64,000 nt of DNA from Eledone cirrhosa (lineage: Eukaryota): the NCBI GenBank assembly GCA_964016885.1, contig OZ024758.1, positions 4,278,001 through 4,342,000 of the forward strand, given 5' to 3'. The first letter of the stretch is position 1. The number at the start of each line of letters is the position of its first letter. The notes under the pieces are model-generated. The model worked only from the letters and a program-made list of their open reading frames with translations. It was not told where the DNA came from and did no database searches. This document shows positions 40,349-54,445 of the stretch, one piece after another. A program made the translations under genes and the position numbers.

Positions 40349-40926
40349 CATACATACATACATACATACACATATATATATATACACATAATCATGTATA
40401 TAATACATATATACACATATATATTGTATATATGTATATTTATATATGTGTAAATGTGTGTATTTGAAATAGAGACACAGAGAAAGAGAGAGGCTGTTTG
40501 TGCATTTCAGTATATATATTTCTATACCTGTCTATCTGTGTTTACAATAGCTACTGTGTTATTTCTGACGGCTCTTTCCCAGTACAGCGAAACAGTCTCG
40601 TCTATTAATTTCATTGTTCTTTCTATTAAACGATGTGACTGATCGATATCTATTATCTGCATGTATTGTCATCCTGTTAGTTCACTTAATCGATCACCTT
40701 ACTCTTCACTAGTTTTTTTTTTGTTTTGTTTTAGATTGTGTCCCCCTCATCAGATGCATTAGCTGTGTATTTATTTTTTAGCTTTTGTCTTTTACCAGAT
40801 CGATATATTTCATAAGTGCTGAAAGAGTTAGAAAAATCAATGACAAATATATATTTTTTTAAATGTTGGTAATTTAACCTTGTTTTGTTTTTTTTTGTTC
40901 GAGTAAATTCATTTATATATTTTGGA

Positions 40927-41300
40927 TCATCATCGTCATCATCATCGGCATCATCATCATCGGCATCCTTATCATCACAACATCATCGATATCATCACAA
41001 TCATCATCATCATCATCATCATCATCTTCAAGATCGTAATCTTCATCACAATCATCATCATCATTGTCATCGTCCTCATCATAATCGACATCATCATCAT
41101 TATAATCATCATATTCAACAACTTTAACCCCCCCCCCCTCATTCCCACAACCACCATCCCCAACACCACCATCCCCACTACCATTCCCAACACCACCATC
41201 CCCACTACCATTCCCACCACCACCATTACTACCACCATTCCCACCAACATCATCTCCACCACCATCCCCACCACCACCAACACCACCATCCCCCACCACC
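40927..41300. repeat. Degenerate (CAT)n followed by a (CCA)n-derived 15-mer repeat
   Basis: Direct observation; explains the poly-H/D/I/T ORFs. Confidence 0.9.
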
Positions 41301-41453
41301 AACAACTATATCAACTTCAGCATTAATCTAATGTTTGTTATTAGCCTTATCCTTTCAACAGTTCCATTGAAACATCTACTGTCGTAGCAGGGGGTACCTC
41401 TCTGTTTTTCTGTTGTATATAGAATTGTATTTTAGTTGCAAGGATTACTATTG

Positions 41454-41903
41454 TTATGTCTGATCTACATGATATAGCTGATTTTCATAGGTGGCACGAT
41501 GACAGTGGCCAGCAAATCGGGATAGGAGAGTTTGCGGCCCTTGTTATCAGTGATTGCTTGTGGTTTTCAAATCACTAATAGGGACACCAGCTTGTAGGTG
41601 ACACGATGACAGTGGGCAGAAAATCTTATTCTCATCTTACGTACAACGACAGATATGCGTGGGAAGCCGGCATATATCTCTCTCAAAGCATGGCCAGCTT
41701 GCAAAAAGATGGATCGAGTTTGGCGCTCAAATCCTTCCAACCACATCAAGACAAGATCAGACTCTTCCAAGTAACAATTCAACCAATCTTGCTATATGGA
41801 AGTGAAACATGGACGCTTTCATCAAAACAACAAAAGCACCTTCATGGGACTTACACTCACCTGCTTCAGTGCATTCAGAACATGCGCTGGCGACATCAGC
41901 ACC
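41454..41903. mobile_element. RTE-clade LINE fragment with internal inversion
   Basis: Plus 41685-41903: KAWPACKKMDRVWRS..IRLFQVTIQPILLYGSETWTL...WRHQHP. Minus 41684-41510: LREIYAGFPRIS...RIRFSAHCHR...GRKLSYPD. Confidence 0.85.
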
Positions 41904-42151
41904 CAATAGTAATCTATCAGACAGAAGCACACCTTTCAAATCTCCACATCGAATGGGGAGATCTAGTTCCGACTTTAGGGTGGATGAGAGATGTCTTCTC
42001 TTATAAACATGGGTATGGCTTTCATTATGTAAAATCTCCCCATTTGCCTCGTTTCTCCCCGTTTTGGGTCACTTTTTTTCATGGTATTCCCCGTTTCGGT
42101 TATTAGATGTTGGCAATCCAGCAGAAGTGTATTTTATTCATCCGGGAACAA

Positions 42152-42280
42152 GAGCGAAAGCTTTTCAAAAACCTACCAGTTTATAATGTAAAATATGTTA
42201 CGTCCCTGCGGTAGAAAGGCCGAAAGCTTCCCCAAAACGTACCACTGTATAATGTAAAATATGTTACCTCCCAGCGGAAA
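42152..42280. repeat. Two-copy ~68-bp tandem repeat
   Basis: CGAAAGCTT....AAAAC.TACCA.T.TATAATGTAAAATATGTTAC.TCCC.GCGG occurs twice. Confidence 0.85.
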
Positions 42281-42892
42281 CACTCAATCATATTATTGCT
42301 GGTTCCCTTGTTTTAGGCAAAACGGAATATATTTATAGACAACTTCTGGTTTCTTATAATGGAAAGTATGACATTATGAAATACCTACAGACGGGAGAGT
42401 TAGAGGCATTTATCAAAATTCCTCTGAGAAAGAAACATGTCGGTTCATATAGAAAAATAAATTTTGGAAAGTTGCCAAGGAATAAGTGTCAAAACTCTGA
42501 GAATATAATGTCTCCCAATCGATGTATCTATTCCAACTGTTAATACATATCTGTGAACGAAATGAAGAAACTATGGTGATATAATGACGTGAAACTAGTG
42601 ATATTGAGAATGTAGTGTTTGAAAGCCATACAATATCTATTATAATAAGTACATTAGGAACGATAGAAAGATATGTAGAAAAATAGATATGTAACTCTTC
42701 GAATTCTTGGTTAACCATAAAGAACATTGCACTTCTAGAAACGATATCGCTATTGTCTTATTTCAATAGCGTAATAAAAGAATTTAAAAAAAAGAGAAAT
42801 AATAAGGTGCGACTAGAAAATACAAGGAAACACGTTTGCTATATATCCAATATACTCAATCAGAAGTAGAGTTCTGCTATAACAACAATACT

Positions 42893-43390
42893 AATAACGA
42901 TTTCTACTATAGGCAAAAGGCCAGCAATTTGGGAGAGGTTAAAGTCGATTAAATCTAACATAGTACATTACTGGTACTTTATTTTATCGACCTCATAAGA
43001 ATGAAAGGCAAAAATAACCTCGGCGGGATTTGAATTCAGAATGTAAAGGGTTGTAACTCTATGCAACGAACCATAGCCTCCGACGCTCTACCGATACTGC
43101 GAATCCACCGTCCTATTAATAATGGTTTCTTATGAAGAGCACATGGACAGCAATACCCCAGTATATTACTGGTACCTAATTTAATCGACCCCGTAAGGAT
43201 GAAAGTCGAAGTTAACCTCGGCGGATTTGAACTCAGAAAGTAAAGGCCCATAACTATGCTGCTAAGCATGGTGTCTGACACTCTACCGATACCGCCAAAC
43301 CACGACGCTAATAATAATTCTTTCTACTTTTGGCACAAGGCCAGCAATTACCCAGTGAATTACTGGTACTTTATTTTATCGACCCGGAAA
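42893..43390 (-). mobile_element. Three tandem major-family SINE copies
   Basis: Reverse consensus matches separated by TAATAAT. Confidence 0.9.
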
Positions 43391-43835
43391 GGTTTCTACT
43401 TGAGGAACAAAGTCAGCAATTTAATAAATATATTGAAGGGGTACTTTTCCCCATCGACCCTTAACTTTCTTTCCAGTGGAACTTAAATATGTTGATGAAG
43501 GATTGGCTCAAGAGGAATATGTCAGCATTGAATTCTTTAAACCCTGTCCACCACACATCCCATGTCTCCACAATCATTAGGCTGAGAAAAAATGGTTACA
43601 GCCAAAAGGAGGAGGCTCACTTGCACACCAGTAGATTTTTATAAATGGCTAGAGTGAAATTTCCATTGACCGCATTGTCCGACTGTTAGAAACAGGGCTG
43701 TTAGCACCTGGAAAATTTCCAGGTGTCAGGTGACAAATCTCAGTCATTATTTGACCCACGACAGCAACTCAGTGAAAAAGACGATCTGCAGAAGACGATC
43801 TGGAATAACTAGAGATGTCGTGGTTTCATTTTGAC

Positions 43836-43876
<41 letters not shown>

Positions 43877-44582
43877 TTCGTTTTTGTATTTCATTTGCAA
43901 GATTTCTTATCGTGGTTAGCGCCGATTAAACATGGAATCTAGTCACAGACATTTTATATATATATACATATATATGTGTGTGTGTTGTGTGTGTGTATAT
44001 ATGTGTGGTGTGTGTGTCTGTGTGTGTGCGCGCGTGTGTATGTGTGGTGTGTGGTGTGTGTGTGTATGTGTGTGTGTGTGTGTGCGTGTGGGCGCGTATG
44101 CGTATACAGAGAGAAAGAGAACGATAAAGAGAGGATTTCTCGGTTATTGTTGATCTCAGTTCTAGTTATAGCCAAGTCCTCTGAGGCACCAAACATTTGG
44201 CACATTCTTTATCATCCTGCTTCCGACAAGGTCAGAATGCTACACATGCCCTGTACATAAATTATTTTAGAGCAATATGAATATGAATGATTTATATTAG
44301 ACATTGTCTGAAAGATTTATGTAGAAACTACGTAATTGTATATAATTTATTATATAAAGTAACATACACTCACAAAAATGTAAGGTCTCCGTCGATACCG
44401 ACAACGTGGGTTCCGTTTATACGATTAACCGAAATTCTTGCTCAAGAAATTAATGAATACTGGCTGGCTATGTCACAGACACGTATAAATCTTACTGAAT
44501 TTCTCAGGGAGATTCAGCGTAACAAAAAGAATAACATCGAGCCATTGAATTACAGATACAATTTATTATTTTGAAGTAAGTA

Positions 44583-44804
44583 CGGCGGTGGTGGATTGGC
44601 AGTATCGGTAGAGAATCGAACACCATGCTTTGCAGCATAGATTTAGGGCCCTTTACGGTCTGACTTCCAATCCAGACGGGTTCAACTTTGCCTTTTATCC
44701 TTACGTGGTTGATCAAATAAAGTACCAGTAATGCACTAGGGTCGATTTAATCGACTTTCCCCTCCCCGCAAATTAGTGGTCTTGTGGCTAAAATATAAGA
44801 AACC
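44583..44804 (+). mobile_element. Full-length long-form SINE with 17-bp TSD
   Basis: ATTATTTTGAAGTAAGT at 44565-44581 and 44805-44821. Confidence 0.95.
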
Positions 44805-44914
44805 ATTATTTTGAAGTAAGTGAACTGGAAGAACGTAAAAGAAATGTCGTAATGGTGGTCACAAGCGATGTCCCTGCATGCGAAACTAACTCTCAACATT
44901 ACAAATTTAAGGCT

Positions 44915-45105
44915 ATTAGCAGAATCGGTAGAGTGTCCGACACTATGCCTTTGACATAGAATTACAGCCTTTTGTATTCTGAGTTCAAATCCCGTCGAGG
45001 TTATCTTTAGCTTTCATCATTACGGGGTCAAAAAGGTAAAGTATCAGTAATGCAATGAAGTCGATTCGACTTCCCGCTGCCCTTCAAATTGCTTCAAATA
45101 GAAAC
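44915..45105 (+). mobile_element. Diverged major SINE copy
   Basis: GCAGAATCGGTAGAG...GAGTTCAAATCCCG. Confidence 0.8.
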
Positions 45106-45888
45106 ACACACGCATACAAAGACATACATACATACACACACATAATGTTACCATCTTGTTGTCTCAGACTGTCATTTATGAATTACTAGTAATAGTAGAT
45201 GATAATAATTCATATATAGTGTATGTATAGCATTCTGACACTGTTGACAGCAGTATGATACACGGCATGCCAAAGCTAAGATGGTATTTCCTCCCAAAAG
45301 TTTTACCATAAATTTGAAACCTTAAGATTACCCACATGCCCCACCTATAAAACACATATATATCAATATGGTTGTATGTCTGTATATGCTCATATGCATA
45401 TATTTGTGTGTGTATCCGTGTGTGTGTGTGTGTGGTAGTGTGTGTGTGGTAGTGTGTATGTGTGTATGTATGTTCTTCTGGTTTTATAATTTCACAAATT
45501 TTTACCAATAGGGAGTCGGTTTATAACAGACACAAGACTCATTGGAATTTACACAACATCAACTAGATAGATTATGTATGCATGCCTGCATGCATGTGTA
45601 TGTTTTGAGTTGTATGTATGTTTTGTATCTGTACAGTTATTAGGTGCAACATCTTTGGAATGTTTTACATATTTTTTACTGTTCCATTAATGGATTGTAC
45701 TTGTAATTTCCTAACTAGTTGTGTTCTTTCTGTTTCTGTGAAGCCCAGCTTCTCAAGATTTGTATCGAGGCAGTTACTAACATATCACAGTGCCCCAATA
45801 ATCACAGGCATAAATCTGAGGGTGTAATCAGAGTGGAGTATCTGTAGATTTCTCATCAGTTCTGCATAAATATTGTCGTATGTATGTA

Positions 45889-45996
<108 letters not shown>

Positions 45997-46014
45997 ATTC
46001 TAACTCTATATATA

Positions 46015-46176
46015 TGAGAAGAATCAGGACCCCGATGTCTGATCTCCGGCCGTTTCGATAGCTAGGTCAGAAATGTCGAAACGTCCTGTCTCTTTTCATA
46101 TTACCCACTCTACTACACTAAGTATTGAGTACTCTTGTGCGTAATGGTCCACCTGGTATCTTACCACACCCTCTTT

Positions 46177-46178
<2 letters not shown>
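46015..46178 (+). mobile_element. Family A copy, degraded
   Basis: Tail TTACCCACTCTACTACACTAAGTATTGAGTACTC...TTACCACA with a remnant inverted arm; TA flanks. Confidence 0.75.
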
Positions 46179-46179
<1 letters not shown>

Positions 46180-46216
<37 letters not shown>

Positions 46217-46219
46217 GTA

Positions 46220-46256
<37 letters not shown>

Positions 46257-46401
46257 CTCTCTCGCTCTCCCTGTGTATATATATATATATATATAATATG
46301 TATGTGAGTGTGTGTAACTCTCTCGCTCTCCCTGTATATATATATATATATATATATATAATATGTATGTGAGTGTGTGTGTGTAACTCTCTCGCTCTCC
46401 C

Positions 46402-46472
<71 letters not shown>
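46180..46472. repeat. Three-copy compound repeat TAATATGTATGTGAG(TG)nTAACTCTCTCGCTCTCCCT(TA)n
   Basis: Direct observation. Confidence 0.9.
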
Positions 46473-46476
<4 letters not shown>

Positions 46477-46659
46477 ATTTGGGTGCCGAAATCCATAGGC
46501 AATAAATACTTTTTTTTTTATTGAAGATGGAAGAAAAAAACCTACAGGAAATACTCACCTTCTCTCAATGAGAAAGTGAGATAATCTTTTGCAATCCGTA
46601 TACCTTTCTCGAAATAACAACTTTCAGTTCAAGGAAGACTTTAATTATGCAATCTACAG

Positions 46660-46905
46660 AAAGCAACCGCATTCAATACAGCCTAAACTAGCAAAATCAC
46701 TGAAGATCCACTGCAAAACATACTTCGCAAGTGGTATTGTATTCGGAAAGATAAAGGAAGGCATAATAATCCCTATTTACAAATGACGAATCCAATCGTA
46801 ACAGTTACTGACCTGTCTTACTGATCACATATATCAGCAAATTCATGGAACTAATCCTCAAAAAGAAGCTGTTCACACATCTGAAAGAAAATGGCCTTAC
46901 TAAAT
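46660..46905 (+). mobile_element. CR1/L2/Jockey-type RT N-terminal fragment
   Basis: KEGIIIPIYK*...Y*PVLLITYISKFMELILKKKLFTHLKENGL resembles WK.A...PI.K...NYRP.SL.S...K..E. Confidence 0.65.
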
Positions 46906-47083
46906 GAACCGCATAATAGATACGAATGATATAAATATGGAAGATATAAGAAGTAGCAGTAATCTTCAGCAATCAGAGTTGGACAAGACCCCAAACAGTA
47001 CGGCATAGTGCTGTGCCAATGTTCTCATACTTCCAATCAAGACTTAGAAGTAGATACTGCAATAGAATGATTTCGAAAATCTC

Positions 47084-47118
<35 letters not shown>

Positions 47119-47293
47119 TAATTTAGTTTAATGGAACTGTGAGAATATGTAAAATACTCTGATGTTTTAGTCTGAAGGCTTACCCGGGAAAGGCGTGTCG
47201 CTTAGGAGTTAGGGAATTGTATTTGCAACCGTGATTTAAAAAAATATATAGAACACATACAGACATGCAATGTGTTGCGCACACGTACGTGTA

Positions 47294-47399
47294 CAGTTAA
47301 AAGGCGTCACAAAAAAATGTATACGCACTTCATCAGAATTCTAATGAATATTGCCTTTACAGTTAATCAAAGTGTGTATACATTTTTTTGGAGACCCTG
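47294..47399. mobile_element. Small Tc1/mariner-type MITE
   Basis: Inverted CAAAAAAATGTATAC.CACTT; right end ...GAGACCCTG|TA. Confidence 0.65.
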
Positions 47400-48815
47400 T
47401 ATATACATGCATGCATAGCAATATGACAACAGATATAACGTCAAACATTCACTAAAATAACGCTCTTTCGGGACTAGAAACCGGTTATTTCTGTGTTAAA
47501 GGAATATTATATAAATACAACACGAGAACACATGCCTTCATATCATTTGACATATCTATTATTCATAGTAAAATAATATTTTTAAAAATCAAAAGTGAAA
47601 ATAAACAAGGAGCTTTAGGGCGTGTAAATTTACGGGATTACTCATATTGATTTTTTACAGGATTTCAGAAAGTTATTCTCTAAATAAACGTTAAGAAATC
47701 GTGTAAATAATCAATGGAATACAGCTACATGAAAAGACCTTCTCTTTGCCGCTTCTCTCAGCGCCTATATCAATCCCCGCCCTCTCTCTCTCTCTCTCTC
47801 TCTCTTAAACACACACATAATACACACACATACATGCATGCATTCATGGGAAAATCACTTTCCTGAATGGCTTTAGTGCAAATGATGATTTAAGCCTAGA
47901 AAGAAATGAATATTCACAAGCCATGCCATAGTTCCATCAAGTGTGAATATAATATGAGGCTTCTAGTTTACGCCAATGGTAGAATTCATAAAATGATTGA
48001 GTATTTAACATTTGGCCAGGGCAGAAAAGGAAAATATTGCATGATTAAATTGCTTCATATTTCGCCTGGTTTCTTCGATTATTTTGATTGAAAGCAAGTT
48101 TGGTTGCATTATAAGGAATTTAAATATATATATATATATATCTGTGTGGGTATTTTTATATATATACATACACACACACACACACAACACACACATATAT
48201 AAATATATATATGTATATAACTGTGTATGTGTTTTTCTATACATATACACACGCACATATATAAATATATATATATAAATATATCAATCTATCTGTGTTT
48301 GTGTTTTTCTATATATATATATATACACACACGTGTGTGTGTGAGCATATATGTTTGTATATGTATATATATATATATAAACACTTACACACACACATAT
48401 ATATTCCTGTGTATAAATAGTGGGACATATCTAAATGTCTCTGTTTGTATGACATTATACGTGCGCACACAATTAAGTGATGTTTTAAAACAATCCCGTT
48501 CATATATTTGTAATGTGAGGACAGGATAAATATCATTTAAATTCGATATATAAATAAATGTATTACATTCCAACATCAAGTGAAAGGAAATCAAGTCGCC
48601 TTTGTCAAATGTAAGTACACAACTCATTCAGAAAGGAATACTTCTTCTTACAGTTTGATAGATCAGAATAAAACAGGTGGAATTATTTCGTTGACAAGAT
48701 AAAGCCTTAACGAAAGAGAGCATTCAATATATATCGAAACACACACAGACTCTCTCTATCATACACATACACGTACTTACGCACACACATTCTTACACGG
48801 CCTACACCTGCAAAT

Positions 48816-48853
<38 letters not shown>

Positions 48854-49034
48854 CCAAAGTTTTGTTGGAGATATAATTACGTGACACTCGCTCTCACTTT
48901 CTCTCATATTCTCTGTGACTGTATATATATATATTTATTTGCATACACACATACATACATACATATATATATATATAGGTACGTATATATTGATGTGTAT
49001 ATACATTTGCATACACGCATACATACATATACAC

Positions 49035-49125
<91 letters not shown>

Positions 49126-49786
49126 CAAATGTATATACACATCAATATATACGTACTTATATATATATGTATGTATGTGTGTATGCAAATAAATATACAT
49201 TTATATATATATATATATGTATATATATATCTATGTGTGTGTGCAAATGTATATACATATCAATATATACGTACTTATATATGTATGTATGTATGTATGT
49301 ATGTGTGTATGCAAATAAATATACATTTATACATTTATACATATATATATATATATAACCATACTTATAAAACTACGATTTTGTTATTCAAACAACTGTT
49401 ACGATATAATTTGAATCGTTAAGGACTGCAAATAGATGTTTGTGAAGAGAATGCATTGAAGTATGATGAAGACATCAATAAATACGTTATATCAATAGGA
49501 TGGAGAGGCTTTTCAACGTGGAAACGATGAAAGTACTTGGCAATTTTCGAAGAATTTCAATGAATGAACACGATTTGGAAAAGATCTATTTTAAATGTAC
49601 TGAAGCAAATCTGTATTGAATATTTCTAACCCTCATATATCACGGCATTCACAGATGTAGCCATGCTAGTCATTCCTGTGTAAATATATAACTATATATA
49701 TTTGATGGATCATTTAAAGGATCATTTAATTATATATATATATATATATATAATTAAATAAGCATGTATGTATATGTATGTATCTG

Positions 49787-49827
<41 letters not shown>

Positions 49828-49930
49828 GTATGCATGTATGTATATGTATATATATATATCTATGTATATATGTATATATGTGTGTGTGTATATATCTGTA
49901 TATATATCTGTATATATATATATATATATT

Positions 49931-50032
<102 letters not shown>

Positions 50033-50600
50033 CCGACCCACACATAATTATACATACATTAGTGTGTAAGTGGTGTGTATCTCACACTGTGTTTATGTAT
50101 GTGTGTGTGTCCTCTCTGTGTGTACAACTATAGTTATATTTCAATATTTTTGCTTTCTGAATCCTATACATATTCAATATTACATTTTGTGGAAATATTT
50201 CTGGATTCAAATCCTTGAAACTTGAAAAATTCCGAATCCTGACAGCTTGTTTGCTTGTTTATTCTTTATTTTCCCTTTTTAAATCTTAGTATTCTTTTAA
50301 ATCCTTGTAGCATCAATTCATAAAATCCTTCCTTATACAGTAATATAAAAGAAAGATATGAAATATGTTCTATTATTGAGGATTTTAGCGATTGATATAA
50401 TTTTTTATTACACATACCCCGAAGAAATTTTGTGGCATTTATGCCACTTGCATAAGATAATCTCTCTCTCTCGCCCCCTCTTTCTCTCTCTCTCCCCAAG
50501 CTCTTATTTTCTCAATGTTAGCCCTTTCTCATCCCCTCTCCCATTTTGTTGCTCACTCAAGCTATTTATATATATAAACATATATATATATATATATATA

Positions 50601-50825
50601 GTAATAATAATAAATTTGAAGACTAAAATCCAAAGAGGGCTCGATAAGGATAAATATATATCAGATATATAAGAACCGTAGAGCAAATATTTATTAAAAT
50701 AACAAATCAAAGTTTAAGCAAATAATCGCTGCTTTCACCCTTAACGGATCTTCTGAAACTCTTCAGAAGATCCCGTTAAGGGTGAAAGCAGCGATTCTTT
50801 GCTTAAACTTTAATCTGTTATTTTA

Positions 50826-50830
<5 letters not shown>
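50601..50830 (-). mobile_element. TA-associated foldback element, family B
   Basis: Tail 50601-50687; inverted arms about 50688-50757 / 50762-50832; TA tracts on both sides. Confidence 0.85.
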
Positions 50831-50882
<52 letters not shown>

Positions 50883-51174
50883 TATATAGAGAGAGAAAGA
50901 GAGAAAGAGAGAAAGAGATGTTCATGTATATACACACACACACACATATATGTATTTATTTATTTATTTATATATGTGAAAACATATATACATATATAAA
51001 TAAATACATATATGCAAACATATATATATATATGTGAGTGTGTGTGTGGCTTAACAGATAGGGTAATGAGCCCATGTTCGAAGGATCATGCTTTCGATTC
51101 CAGGCAAGATTCTTCTAGTTAGATAGATAGACAAACAGATAGATAGAAAGAGAATGAGATATATGGACAGATAG

Positions 51175-51745
51175 AGTTTGCCTTCACCAGAAAATCTCTA
51201 ACTGATTGTGCTATGTGAGCGCTTCATTATTGTTCACGGTGGATTGGCAGTATCGGTAGAGGGTCGGACGCCATGCTTTCCAGCATAGTTACGTCCCTTT
51301 ACGATCTGAGTTCAAATCCCGCCGAGGTTGACTTTGCCTTTCATCTTTACGGGATCGATAAATTAAGTACCAGTAATTGCTGGTCTTGTGCCTAAAGTAG
51401 AAACAATTATTGTTCACTACCCAATCTTTTGTAATGCCCTTTCGTATTCGCAGCGCCCGTTTTCGAAGGTTTTCCAAGACATCTTTGTAGAAGCTCCTAT
51501 TAATGTCTGCACTGGAGGTAACAATTCTTTTCCAACGCTATCACGGCTGTCAAGACGACGTTAATAAACGTTTTCACTCGGGATCTGCTCATGCTTGCTT
51601 GGTGAATGAGGAGAATGTTTCCTGTGTCACTTCTGACTTTGCCATTTTCATTCTGAATCGTACACGAACACCCATGATGCACCTGTTACTACATTATTCA
51701 AGAAATGTGGCTCAATTTAGCGTCTTTCAAACAAATTCTGATTTG
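51175..51745 (-). mobile_element. Mariner (DD34D-type) transposase relic interrupted by a SINE
   Basis: Across frameshifts: NNVTGASWVFVYDSE...SMSRSRVKT...INRSFYKDVLENLRKR...DWVV | AHIAQSVRDFL. Confidence 0.85.
51238..51405 (+). mobile_element. Major SINE copy with 12-bp TSD
   Basis: ATTATTGTTCAC at 51226-51237 and 51406-51417. Confidence 0.95.
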
Positions 51746-51880
51746 TGTATTGATGATCCTGATTTGTGTATTGAGGAAGAAATTACAAACGAAGTCTCAT
51801 TTTCATAAATTATGATTAATAAAGAAAACCTTGTATTTCAAATTTCTCGTAATTATCAAGAAGAAATACGAATTGTAGCT

Positions 51881-51921
<41 letters not shown>

Positions 51922-51934
51922 TTCTCTTATCGAT

Positions 51935-52143
51935 CGACATTCGTCAAATCGGACCGAGGAAACAATGTTCCCATTGGTTTTTCCAATTGCTAATACTATC
52001 TATCGGTCGCAACTCCAGGTAGAAGGAGCAACGTGAAATAAAATGTCTTGCTCAAGGACATAACGCATCGCCGGATCCGGGAATCGAACTTACAGCCTCA
52101 CGATTGCGAATCCAATTCTATAAACACTCAGCCACACGCCACA
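51935..52143 (-). mobile_element. tRNA-headed SINE, same family as 21927-22133
   Basis: Homologous to 21927-22133. Confidence 0.8.
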
Positions 52144-52155
52144 CATGTATGTATG

Positions 52156-52191
<36 letters not shown>

Positions 52192-52679
52192 TATGAGGGG
52201 GTGTGCATGCATATATATGTATATATATGAGGGGGGTGATGTATGTAGAGAGAGAGAGAGAGAGATATCATGTCGTACATCCACTGCAAAAGTGAGTGAA
52301 AATTATGACCCCAAAAAAGAATGAATTCATAAAGAGAATATAATGAGAATAATTCTAGTGAAGACAAATAAATGCTAGAATCTGAAATACAATGAAGAGA
52401 TAATGTTTTCAGAATAGGGAAATAAATCGAATCTGAGAATATGTGAGGAAAAGAAAATTGCAATTTTTAAGAATATATGATTTATGTATTCCAGAATATC
52501 TTTCACATTGATTCCTTTGTCGTTTCTTGGATTCCTTGAAATATATATTTCTATATATTTCTATATATTCCTATATATTTTGTGACTTTTGTCCATAATT
52601 ATTTACTTTTTATTTACTTTCTATATATTTTCCATTAACACACGTATATATCCATATATATATATATTGGTACACATTT

Positions 52680-53625
52680 ATAGATATATATACATATATA
52701 TAAATACGCATATTCATCATATATACATAAATGCATACACATATATATATAGATACATAAATACATATATATATATAGATGCATACATACATGTATATAT
52801 AGATACATACATACATGTATATATAGATACATACATACATGTATATATAGATACATACATACATGTATATATAGATACATACATACATATATATATACAT
52901 ATATATAAGTATATACATATACACATATATATATATACATACATATATAGATACATATATATATAGATACATACATATATATATAGATACATACATATAT
53001 ATATAGATACATACATATATATATATATATATATGTACATACATATACACATATATATACATATAAACTTATATATATATACATTCATATATATATATTT
53101 ACATTCAGACATATATATACATACATATAAACTTTGTATGTATGTATGTGTATATATATATATATACACATACATACATACAAACTTATATATACATACA
53201 TATATATATATATATTTACATACATACATATATATATATATATGTATATATTTACATACATACATACATATATATTTACATACATATATATATTTACATA
53301 CATATATATATATTTACATACATACATACATACATATATATATATACATACATGTACATATATATATACATATATATATTTAAATACATATACATACATT
53401 TACATACATACATACATACATATATATACATATACATATACATATATATATTTAAATACATATACATACATACATATACATACATACATACATATACATA
53501 CATACAAATATATATATACATATATATATTTAAATACATACATACATACATACATACATACATACATACATACATACATACATACATACATACATACATA
53601 CATACATACATACATACATACATAC
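52680..53625. repeat. Compound TA/TACA/TAGA microsatellite array
   Basis: Direct observation. Confidence 0.95.
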
Positions 53626-53942
53626 CCTATGCATAATATGATATATTTTGTATGATTTTCTCTTTTCTACTTTTAAAGAAAATTAATTCATCATTGTTAA
53701 TGTTGCTTTATATAGGAACTATGCAATAAAATGTCAGAATTTGTTATTAAAATTGCTGTCTTTCCGAATAATTTTGAAATTGTTTCAGCGATAACCGAAA
53801 ACTTTGAACTCAAGCATTGATAAATACAAAACGTGCGAAATACACAGCAGTATTAAAGATAGGAGAGCACTGACAGACACAAACATGTATGTATGTGTGT
53901 GTATATATATATATAGAGAGAGAGAGAGATAGATAGATAGAT

Positions 53943-54123
53943 ATAACGAAGGCGTTGTGGTAAGAAACCAGATGGACCATAACGCACCAGAGTACTCAAT
54001 ACTTAGGGTAGTAGAGTGAGTAATAGGAAAAAAGTATGATCCCGACGGCAGAACTCAAGCCGTTTCGACGGCTATTTCTGGACTCGTCGATACGGCTTGA
54101 GTTCTGCCGTCGGGGTCATACTT

Positions 54124-54130
<7 letters not shown>
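53943..54130 (-). mobile_element. TA-associated foldback element, family A (variant)
   Basis: Tail ATAACGAAGG...; both arms share copy-specific AAAAAGTATGA.CCCGACGGCAGAACTC. Confidence 0.85.

Positions 54131-54445
<315 letters not shown>

Noticed and set aside
40885-41326. Poly-His/Asp/Gly/Thr ORFs
   Set aside because: Trinucleotide-derived repeats open in multiple frames, with no supported exon structure.
43705-43725. CACCTGGAAA-A-TTTCCAGGTG palindrome
   Set aside because: Single isolated 10-bp inverted repeat; no family or context found.
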